IMG/VR virus record: IMGVR_UViG_3300044991_001301
Direction: 5' to 3' (one strand)
DNA: 64,000 bases
From: a virus
Below the pieces are notes generated by a model, which made no database searches, was not told the DNA's origin, and was given only the letters and a program-made list of their open reading frames with translations. Positions 32,936 to 41,900 of this stretch are shown one piece after another. The first letter of the stretch is position 1, and each line of letters begins with the position of its first letter. A program made the translations under genes and the position numbers.

Positions 32936-33097
32936 ATGGCTTTGTATCTTAGAGGTAAAGATCACTTGCGTAATGTAACGCAAGTGTATCTGTACAGTAG
33001 GACTCGTACATCCATAGAGCGATGTACGAGTCCTTGTACGCTTACTAGATACAAAACTACAAATAGTTGGTCATTTCGTTCGACGGAGATTCTATAA
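32936..33097 (+). other. Duplicated protease start plus structured insert forming a 53-codon uORF
   Basis: ATG GCT TTG TAT CTT AGA (MALYLR...) is open to TAA 33095-33097, which overlaps the real ATG GCA TTA TAC TTA AAA (MALYLK). Contains 9-bp and 14-bp perfect stems. Confidence 0.7.
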
Positions 33098-33738
33098 TGG
33101 CATTATACTTAAAAGAGCACTTGACATTTGACCGCGCTGGAATGGTGGTTGAATCAGTAAGTGAAGGGGATAAAAAGAACCTGTATATGAAGGGGATTTT
33201 TATTCAGGGCGGAGTTACGAACGCAAATGACCGTGTGTATCCTATTTCTGAAATAGAATCTGCGGTAAATACGTTGAATGAACAAATTACAACTGGTTAT
33301 TCAGTATTAGGTGAAGTAGATCATCCAGACGATTTAAAAATTAATTTAGATCGGGTATCACATATGATTACTAGTATGTGGATGGATGGCGCTAATGGGT
33401 TTGGAAAACTAAAAATCTTACCAACTCCAATGGGTCAGCTAGTAACTACCATGTTAGAGAGTGGTGTTAAACTTGGTGTATCAAGTCGTGGTAGTGGTAA
33501 TGTTAATGATATGGATGGCAGAGTTAGTGATTTTGAAATAGTAACAGTTGATATCGTAGCGCAACCATCTGCTCCAAATGCTTATCCAAAAGCTATTTAC
33601 GAAGGTATGTTGAATATGAAGCACGGCCATAAGATTTTATCAAATCTTAAAGGTGCAGATGCTAGTAAAGATGCTAAAGTTCAAAGATATGTGAAAGAAG
33701 AGATAATTCGTTTAATCAAGGATATGAAAATAAAATGA
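33097..33738 (+). CDS. Prohead protease (T4 gp21-like)
   Basis: GIFIQ...NAN.RVYP, LGEVDHP, DRVSH, GVSSRGSG, DIVAQPSAPNAY; SD GGAG before ATG 33097. Confidence 0.93.
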   Translation: MALYLKEHLTFDRAGMVVESVSEGDKKNLYMKGIFIQGGVTNANDRVYPISEIESAVNTLNEQITTGYSVLGEVDHPDDLKINLDRVSHMITSMWMDGANGFGKLKILPTPMGQLVTTMLESGVKLGVSSRGSGNVNDMDGRVSDFEIVTVDIVAQPSAPNAYPKAIYEGMLNMKHGHKILSNLKGADASKDAKVQRYVKEEIIRLIKDMKIK

Positions 33739-33828
33739 TTAAGCGGATACAAATACACGGAGTAGATAGGTCTACTTCTGTAATACTTGGTGAACCAGAG
33801 TTAAATGGTTCAAAACAAGGGGGAAATA

Positions 33829-34935
33829 ATGAATTTAGAAATCATTAAACCGTTGCTTGAAAGCGGCCTCATCAGCGAAGAAACTAGTGCTTCTATTACT
33901 GAAGCCTGGCAGTCTAAGCTAGTTGAAGCACGTGAGCAAGTTCGTGCAGAACTCCGCGAAGAGTTTGCGCATCGGTATGAGCATGACCGTACTGTGATGG
34001 TTGAAGCCTTGGATAATATGGTAACTGATAGTTTGACTGGTGAAATCTCAGAATTTCATACAGAAAGACAATCAATGCACGAAGACCGTGTACAAGCAAA
34101 ACTAAAGCTACGTGAAAATGCGTCAAAGTTTAATGAATTTATGGTTACTAAACTAGCCGAAGAAATCAAAGAACTACGCAGTGATCGTAAGATTGCAAAA
34201 GAAAGTCAACACTCACTAGAACAATTTGTTGTTCAAGCTCTTTCCAGAGAAATTAAAGAATTCTCACAGGACAAGAGAGCAGTTGTTGAGGCTAAAGTTA
34301 AACTTGTAGCTGAAGGTCGCAAACAACTTGAAAAACTAAAAGCTAAATTTGTAGCTGAAAGTGCGTCAAGAATGAATGCTGCTGTTACTAGACATCTAAA
34401 GGGTGAATTAAGTCAGCTTAAAGAAGATATACAAAGCGCCAGAGAAAATAACTTTGGACGTAAATTGTTTGAAGCATTTGCTAGTGAATTCTCTGTCACT
34501 CATTTAAATGAGAAAGCAGAAACTCGCAATCTAATGCATAAGTTACAAGAAAAAGATCAACAACTATCTGAGTCTGTCCGTAAAATGGAACAAGCTAAGA
34601 AATTGATCGAAACCAAAGAACGTGAAGTTCGAATTATTAAAGAATCTAATCTCCGTGAAAAAACAATGGGTGAATTAATTAGCACATTGAACGAAGAAAA
34701 GGCTTCAGTAATGAAGAGCTTGCTAGAAAGCGTGCAGACACCTAAGTTGCAGGCCGCTTTCGATAAGTATCTACCAGCAGTTCTAAATCAAGGTACTGAT
34801 AAGAAATCTGTTAAACAGGCTATTTCTGAATCAAGAATGATTAGTGAAGTTACTGGTGATAAATCTGCCAAAAAAGAATTTGAAGTCGAAGCACGTGATA
34901 ATGTCATTGACATCAAACGTCTGGCAGGGCTTTAA
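33829..34935 (+). CDS. Prohead scaffolding protein (T4 gp22-like)
   Basis: Coiled-coil, E/K-rich; lies between the protease and capsid genes; ends IKRLAGL; SD GGGGG before ATG 33829. Confidence 0.8.
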   Translation: MNLEIIKPLLESGLISEETSASITEAWQSKLVEAREQVRAELREEFAHRYEHDRTVMVEALDNMVTDSLTGEISEFHTERQSMHEDRVQAKLKLRENASKFNEFMVTKLAEEIKELRSDRKIAKESQHSLEQFVVQALSREIKEFSQDKRAVVEAKVKLVAEGRKQLEKLKAKFVAESASRMNAAVTRHLKGELSQLKEDIQSARENNFGRKLFEAFASEFSVTHLNEKAETRNLMHKLQEKDQQLSESVRKMEQAKKLIETKEREVRIIKESNLREKTMGELISTLNEEKASVMKSLLESVQTPKLQAAFDKYLPAVLNQGTDKKSVKQAISESRMISEVTGDKSAKKEFEVEARDNVIDIKRLAGL

Positions 34936-34964
34936 TCAAAGACATATATTAGGAGAAAACACAA

Positions 34965-36161
34965 ATGTCAAAAGTACTCTTAGAAAGCCGTTGGGATGAG
35001 ACCAAAGAGGCCCTGTTAGAAGGATTAAAAGGCAATCGCCGCTCAACAATGGGTGTTCTTTTAGAGAATACCAAAAAGCAACTACTTGCTGAATCTACTG
35101 CCGGTACAACAACTGCAGGTAATATCGCTACTTTAAATCGCGTTATTCTTCCAGTTATCCGTCGTGTAATGCCAACCGTTATCGCTAACGAATTGGTAGG
35201 CGTTCAGCCAATGACTGGACCAGTTGGTCAGATTCACACTCTACGTGTTCGCTATGCTCAGTCGTTAACCGACAATTCAGCAGCGCAAACTAGCGTTACA
35301 GCAGGTGAAGAAGCTTTGAGCCCGTTCAAAATCGCTCAGGCATATTCACGTGTTAAGAGTGATGCAACTACAACTGACTATTACACTGGTAATGACACTG
35401 CTGCCCTTGAAGGCAATGGTGGTAAACAAATCAGCGTTCAGATTCTACGTCAGGCCGTTGAAGCCAAGTCACGTAAGTTGCAAGCTCGTTGGACATTCGA
35501 AGCTGCTCAAGATGCTCAATCGCAACACGGGATTGACGTTGAGGCAGAAATCATGGCTGCTTTAGCGCAAGAAATTACCGCTGAAATCGACCAAGAAATT
35601 CTATTGTCGCTACGCACTCTAGCATCGATTGAATACACTTACAACCAAGCTACAGTTTCAGGTACTGCTACATACGTTGGTGACGAACACGCTGCTCTAG
35701 CTGTTCTTATCAATCGTGTTGCTAACTTGATTGCTCAACGCACTCGTCGTGGCGCTGGTAACTGGGCTGTTGTATCTAGTGCTGCATTGACTGTTCTTCA
35801 GTCTGCTACTACTAGCGCATTCGCTCGCACTACAGAAGGCACCTTCGAAGCACCTACAAACACCAAGTTTGTTGGTACATTGAATGGCGCTATGCGCGTG
35901 TTCGTTGACTCATATGCTCCTGACAATACTCCAGTATTGGTTGGATACAAAGGCTCTTCAGAAACAGATGCAGCGGCATTCTATTGCCCTTACATTCCGT
36001 TGATGAGTAGTGGTGTTGTTCTTGATCCGTCAACATTCGAACCAGTCGTTTCGTTTATGACGCGGTACGGGTACATAGAGCTTACTAATACTGCATCCTC
36101 ATTCGGCAATGCCGCGGATTACGTTGGCGAGATAAACGTGCAAAATCTTACTTTTCAGTGA
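34965..36161 (+). CDS. Major capsid protein (T4 gp23-like)
   Basis: RRVMPTVIANELVGVQPMTGPVGQI, AKSRKLQARWTFEAAQD, EITAEIDQEI, FYCPYIPL, DP.TFEP...FMTRYG. Confidence 0.96.
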   Translation: MSKVLLESRWDETKEALLEGLKGNRRSTMGVLLENTKKQLLAESTAGTTTAGNIATLNRVILPVIRRVMPTVIANELVGVQPMTGPVGQIHTLRVRYAQSLTDNSAAQTSVTAGEEALSPFKIAQAYSRVKSDATTTDYYTGNDTAALEGNGGKQISVQILRQAVEAKSRKLQARWTFEAAQDAQSQHGIDVEAEIMAALAQEITAEIDQEILLSLRTLASIEYTYNQATVSGTATYVGDEHAALAVLINRVANLIAQRTRRGAGNWAVVSSAALTVLQSATTSAFARTTEGTFEAPTNTKFVGTLNGAMRVFVDSYAPDNTPVLVGYKGSSETDAAAFYCPYIPLMSSGVVLDPSTFEPVVSFMTRYGYIELTNTASSFGNAADYVGEINVQNLTFQ

Positions 36162-36202
36162 AATCAAGCACTTACGAGTGCTATTGAAAGTAAAATCACA
36201 GC

Positions 36203-36227
36203 AAAGGGAACTTCGGTTCCCTTTTTT
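36203..36227 (+). terminator. Intrinsic terminator with UUCG tetraloop after the capsid gene
   Basis: AAAGGGAAC-TTCG-GTTCCC-TTTTTT. Confidence 0.9.
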
Positions 36228-36299
36228 ACGGCTCCCATTCCGCTAGCTATTTTCTTTATATACTGCTATATTGAGTTAACAAACATACTAAATATTAGC

Positions 36300-37046
36300 A
36301 TGAACAAATATGAAAAATGGCACAAACAAATTACAGAGCGCGGCCAGAGCCGTATCTATGATCCTAAAAACGAAAACCATCATATTCTTCCGAAAAGTTT
36401 AGGCGGCACGAATAAGAAAGAAAATCTTACTAACATAACACCTAGGGAACACTTTATATGTCATTGGTTATTAACAAAGATATACAAAGACGGCGAAGCG
36501 CATTGGAAAATGCTAAATGCTATTCGTATAATGCGGGCTGAAAATAAGAATCAACAGCGACACACTACTAAAATTACTTCCAGAGTGTATGCCAGACTCA
36601 AAGAGGAATATGCTTTACTTAGTAGTGAGAAACGTAAGGGTAAAGGAAACGGGATGTTTGGTAAGAAACAAACAGACAACGCTAAGCGAAAAATAAGCGA
36701 GGCAAATTCTGGTAGAATTCAACCCGATCATGAAAAACAAAAACAAATTGAGGCTATTACAGGAAGAAAACGAAACCCTTTCTCTACTCAATGGAAAGAA
36801 AAAATGTCATCATCCAAACAAGGGGAAAAGAATAATATGTTTGGAAAAAATCACACTGATGAAACTAAACAGAAACAGCGTGAGAAAGCAACAGGAAGAA
36901 AACAATCACCTGAAACTGTTGCTAAAAAAGCAGAAGCTATCAGAGGACTAAAGCGTGAAAAGAAACTATGCCCACATTGTAATAACGAAGTAGCAGTCAA
37001 TGGTTATACAAGATGGCATGGAGACAATTGTAAGCAAAAAGCATAA
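36300..37046 (+). CDS. Free-standing HNH homing endonuclease with NUMOD3 repeats
   Basis: ENHHILPKSLGG.N...NL..ITPREHFICHWLL; repeats N.MFGKKQT/NNMFGKNHTDETK; C-terminal CPHC...RWHGDNC. Confidence 0.88.
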   Translation: MNKYEKWHKQITERGQSRIYDPKNENHHILPKSLGGTNKKENLTNITPREHFICHWLLTKIYKDGEAHWKMLNAIRIMRAENKNQQRHTTKITSRVYARLKEEYALLSSEKRKGKGNGMFGKKQTDNAKRKISEANSGRIQPDHEKQKQIEAITGRKRNPFSTQWKEKMSSSKQGEKNNMFGKNHTDETKQKQREKATGRKQSPETVAKKAEAIRGLKREKKLCPHCNNEVAVNGYTRWHGDNCKQKA

Positions 37047-37081
37047 ATACAATATCTCAATGGGATGGGAAGTTTACATCA

Positions 37082-37109
37082 AGGGCTCTGTATATACAGA
37101 GCCTTTTTT
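37082..37109 (+). terminator. Intrinsic terminator
   Basis: GGCTCTGTA-TA-TACAGAGCC followed by a T tract. Confidence 0.8.
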
Positions 37110-37128
37110 GTTTTTTAATAAATATATA

Positions 37129-37551
37129 ATGGAAACTACACAACTACCTCAACCAAAGAAAATTACAAAAAAGCGCCAAGCAAAATTACTTGCCCACGCT
37201 AATAGAGATGCACTCCACACTGTAAAACGAAGTGGCAAGTGGCCGGGAGTTAAGAAGAAACATTTAAAACTCAACTCAACTTGTGCTGCGTGTGGTACTA
37301 AAAATGATTTAGAAGTTCATCATAAAAAACCCTATCACTTGCATCCAGAGTTAGAACTTGATCTTACCAACTTGATCACATTGTGTATGGAAAACTTATG
37401 TCACATAGATATCGGTCACGGTGATAGCTTTAAGGCATACAACCCCAATGTAGCAGAAGATGCCAACACAGTGCTTGCTAATAAAGATCAGCTTAAACGT
37501 ATCTTAGCCGAAGTATCAGTAAAAGCAAAACAGCAACGATTGTTTGAATAA
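37129..37551 (+). CDS. HNH endonuclease (small, Zn-binding)
   Basis: CAACG...LEVHHKKP...NLITLC...CH...GH. Start reassigned to ATG 37129, after the terminator and TAAATA. Confidence 0.8.
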   Translation: METTQLPQPKKITKKRQAKLLAHANRDALHTVKRSGKWPGVKKKHLKLNSTCAACGTKNDLEVHHKKPYHLHPELELDLTNLITLCMENLCHIDIGHGDSFKAYNPNVAEDANTVLANKDQLKRILAEVSVKAKQQRLFE

Positions 37552-37554
37552 CAG

Positions 37555-37920
37555 TTAAATTAAAATATCAGCATCCACTGTAATGTCCATTATAGAAGAG
37601 GAACTTTCTTTTAACTTTTTCTGATAGATTCTATTACAGTTAGCGCATAGTGTTTTTATGTTAACAGTGAGTTTGTTCTTGGTATTGCCGTCAAGATAGA
37701 TTCTATCAAGTTGGCATTTGTCTTGTGGAATAAAATTACATTGCTCGCACGTATTTTTTTTATCCAACAAGTAACCAAACTTTTTATCGTAAGCCGCTTT
37801 AGCGCAAGAGGCACAATATTTGTGCCATTTTTTAAATCCATTCTTACTTGTACCGTTTGGTTTGACAGGGGATACCTTACAGTTGCCGCATAATGATCTT
37901 GATGGTTGACGGGTCAGCAT
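37555..37920 (-). CDS. Zn-finger / degenerate HNH-like protein
   Basis: Four CxxC pairs; HNH-like segment CQLDRIYLDGN...NIKTLCANCNR. Start reassigned to ATG 37920 (TAAATA-5 nt-ATG). Confidence 0.7.
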   Translation of the reverse strand: MLTRQPSRSLCGNCKVSPVKPNGTSKNGFKKWHKYCASCAKAAYDKKFGYLLDKKNTCEQCNFIPQDKCQLDRIYLDGNTKNKLTVNIKTLCANCNRIYQKKLKESSSSIMDITVDADILI

Positions 37921-38026
37921 ATATGTATTTAGAAAAAAGATACTAGCTGTGCTTTTTTCACACCGCACCAATTTTACTTTTTTGATAAATAATTCATACA
38001 ACAATTTATTATACGGGACATTGTTA

Positions 38027-38959
38027 ATGGCATCTGAACTTTTTAATGCGGTAAGTGGATTTTCGGTGGGCATTCCGCCTATTGCCGTTATTGACGAAAC
38101 TGGAAATATTGTAACAAACGTATTAACACCTACCGGTAACGTTGCAGCAAATGTAATTTATGCTGGAAGTTATCGGTATGCCAACGGTCAACCATTGGTA
38201 TCACCGGCAGCTGGCGCCAATACACAGGTTCAATATAATCTTGATGGGGAATTGGGTGCTAGTGCAGGGTTGACGTTTGACAGTTCATCTAGCACCATAA
38301 CAGTTTACAATACAAATACCCTATTCAATACAAATACTAGTTCATTGGTAGTAACGGAAGAAGCAAATTTAGGTAATGTAAGCAATGTTACCATTGATGG
38401 CGGATCCGCTAACTATATTTTAACAACGGATGGATTTGGGAATTTAGAATGGAGCCCGACTACAGCAGTCGCAGCAGCGGGTGCAAACACACAGGTTCAG
38501 TTTAATACAGATGGACAGTTTGATGCTGCTGCTGCACTGACATTCGATACCACTTCAAATACATTAGCAGTAACTGGTAATTTGGATGTAGTTACTTTTA
38601 AAATAAATGTTGGTGAATATGATTTCTACACTTCAATGGTGTACAGTGCTACAACTGCTAGCACTGTACCAAATCAAGTGTTGTTTTCTATCCCTGCAAG
38701 TACTGTTTCTGCACTAGAGTTTACTATAATTTCTACAGACCTAGTTGCAAACCGTAGACAAACTACCAAGATATCTGCGGTTATTTTAGGGGATACTGTG
38801 GTATTTAATGAATATGCTGGGTTGATAATCAACGGCGGCGTAGGAAGTTGTAGTGTAATATATGATCCAGTAATACCACCTAGCGTACAATTGGTAGTAG
38901 ATCCGGATTCTGATAACTTGACACGGTATAATATGCTGATCGTCAAATTTGCTTCGTAA
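38027..38959 (+). CDS. Virion fibre/decoration protein
   Basis: N-terminal FNAVSGFSVG motif shared with the next two genes; AGANTQVQYN repeats; start at ATG 38027. Confidence 0.65.
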   Translation: MASELFNAVSGFSVGIPPIAVIDETGNIVTNVLTPTGNVAANVIYAGSYRYANGQPLVSPAAGANTQVQYNLDGELGASAGLTFDSSSSTITVYNTNTLFNTNTSSLVVTEEANLGNVSNVTIDGGSANYILTTDGFGNLEWSPTTAVAAAGANTQVQFNTDGQFDAAAALTFDTTSNTLAVTGNLDVVTFKINVGEYDFYTSMVYSATTASTVPNQVLFSIPASTVSALEFTIISTDLVANRRQTTKISAVILGDTVVFNEYAGLIINGGVGSCSVIYDPVIPPSVQLVVDPDSDNLTRYNMLIVKFAS

Positions 38960-38976
38960 ATAAGAGGAACATTAAA

Positions 38977-41900
38977 ATGGCAATTAGAGCTTTAAATTCA
39001 ATCGGTGGTTTCTCAATAGGTGAAACTGCCGCTAATATAATATTAGCAAACGGCGATATTACAACCGGTAACGCAACCTTCACTGGAAACGCAGCTGCCG
39101 CTAATGTTCTAACTGACCATTTGCTGTATGCCAACGGAACGGCTTGGTCTTTTACTGCGGTTGCAGGTGCAAACACACAGATTCAGTTTAATAACGATGG
39201 CGCGCTAGGAGCTAGCGCAAACTTTACCTTTAGTTCTTCATTAAATATCCTCACTGTACTTGGCAATATAGTATCAACTAATGCTAATCTAGGAAATTCA
39301 GCTACTGCAAACTTCTTTACTGGTGTGTTGACTACTAATGCTCAGCCTAATATTACTAGTGTCGGTACACTGACTAGCTTAGCAGTAACGGGTAACATAT
39401 CATCAGGTAATGCTAATCTTGGTAATTTAGCTATAGCTAACTTCTTTTCAGGTACATTAACTACTAATGCACAGCCCAATATCACTAGTGTTGGTACTTT
39501 AACCGCGTTAGACGTAACGGGAAATATCTCGTCAGGTAATGCTAATCTTGGTAATTTAGCTATAGCTAACTTCTTTTCAGGTAACGGTAGTTTATTAACA
39601 GGTTTAGTTATAGCTGCCGGAACCTCAATTGTCAATGGTAATAGTAATGTTATTGTTACAGCTAATAGTAATGTTAATATAAGCAGTAATGGTGTTGCTA
39701 ATGTTGTAGTTGTAACTAGTACCGGGGCTAACATTGACGGAACACTAGCTGCAACCGGTAATTTATCAGCCGCGAATGCTAATCTTGGTAATTTAACTAC
39801 ATCAAACTTTTATGCAGGTACATTAACTACCGCAGCACAGCCCAACATCACTAGTGTTGGTACACTAACAGCGTTGATCGTAACTGGCACTGCATCTGCC
39901 GGTAATATTGCTACTGCAGGCAATGTGACGGCTAGTTTCTTGGTATCAAATGTTTCGACTGGCACAGCACCTATCGCAGTAGCTAGCACAACTCGCGTTG
40001 CCAACTTAAATGTTGACTATGCTAACGTCTCGGATTTTGGTGTTGTCTCTGCGCAGACCACTGGTACATATTTCCCTGTATTTGCTAATGGTAGCAGTAC
40101 TGCTAATTATGCGTTAGCAGCAAATAGTGGGTTCTCAGCTAATTTAGCTAACGGTGGATTAACAGCAACTACGTTCATTGGTGCATTAAGTGGCGCAGCT
40201 ACTACCGCAGGTACTGTTACTACTGCTGCTCAGCCTAATATTACTAGTGTTGGTACGCTATCTAGCTTGTCAGTTACTGGTACAACTACTAGTGGTAACT
40301 TCGCTACCGCAGGCAACTTAACAGCTAGCTTTGTTGTGTCAAATGTCACAACAGGCACCGCACCACTCACAGTAACTAGTACAACTCGCGTTGCTAACTT
40401 AAATGTTGACTATGCTAACGTAGCTGACTTTGGGGTTGTAACAGCACAAACTACTGGTACTTTCTTCCCTACATTCGTAAGTGGTAGTAGTACAGGTAAC
40501 TATGCACAAGCAGCAAATTCAAACTTATCATTTAATGCGGCCACTGGAGCACTATCAGCTACGTTATTTACTGGTACGTTAACTACAGCGGCTCAACCAA
40601 ATGTAACAAGTGTTGGTACACTAACGGCGTTAGCTGTTACTGGTAATATCTCTGCAGGTAATGCTAATCTTGGTAACTTAACCACATCAAACTTTTATGC
40701 GGGTACATTAACTACCGCAGCACAGCCCAACATTACTTCAGTTGGTATACTAACGGCGTTGGCTGTTACTGGGAATCTCTCTGCAGGTAATGCTAATCTT
40801 GGTAACTTAACCACATCAAACTTTTATGCGGGTACATTAACTACGGCGGCACAACCCAACATTACTTCAGTTGGTACGTTAAATGACCTAGCAGTAACCG
40901 GAAACATTACAACTAGTGCAAATCTAATAACTGATTTGATTGTGGGTAGAACATCCGGTATAACAATAACCGCAACCGGATCTAATCAAAACATCAACTT
41001 AACCCCTACAGGTACTGGTACAGTTAACGTTGGTAACTTTATAATCTCTAATGTTGCTACTCCTGTAGCAGACTTTGATGCGGCAACAAAGAAATATGTT
41101 GACGAGGTTGCTCAAGGGTTACATACTCACGATAGTTGTCAAGCTGCAACTCCAACCATACTATCAACTATTACCAGTGGTACAATTACTTATAACAATG
41201 GTGCAAGTGGCGTAGGAGCTAATCTTGTAACAACAGGAAGTTTCAATTTAATTGACGGTGTTAACGTTCAATCATCTGGAACACGTATTCTTGTTAAGGA
41301 TGAAGCAAATGCTGCACATAATGGTATCTATGTTTGGTCAAATGCAACGGTAATTACACGTGCTGATGACTTTAATACTCCAACTGAAATGGCAGGTGGT
41401 GACTTTACATTCGTTACTGCGGGTACAGTTTATGACAATACTGGTTGGGTAATGCCTGATTCAGTTACTACTGTTGGAACAAGTCCTGTTGTTTGGGTGC
41501 AATTCTCTGGTGCAGGCACATATACTGCAGGTACTGGATTAGCATTAAATGGTACTGTATTCAGTATCGCTAATACTACTGTAACAGCAGGTGCATACGG
41601 TAACGGGGATTACAACGCTACTTTTACTGTTAACGGTCAAGGTCAACTATCTGCTGCTGCTAACGTAGCAATTACAGCTAACGCTGGAAACTTAAGTGGT
41701 ACCGTATTGAAATCAACAGTTGTTACTTCTAGTTTAACAAGCGTTGGAACATTGGGCAGCTTGGCAGTCACTGGTACAACCACTAGTGGTAACTTTGCAA
41801 CTGCCGGTAACTTGACAGCTAGTTTTGTTGTATCTAACGTGGCTACTGGCACAGCACCTATCGCAGTAGCTAGCACAACTCGCGTTGCCAACTTAAATGT

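Noticed and set aside
32951-33116. AG|GTAAAG…AAAG|AG resembling spliceosomal GT-AG intron boundaries, whose removal would restore MALYLREH
   Set aside because: This is a bacteriophage with no spliceosome. The downstream copy has its own SD and ATG, and no group I/II core is visible.
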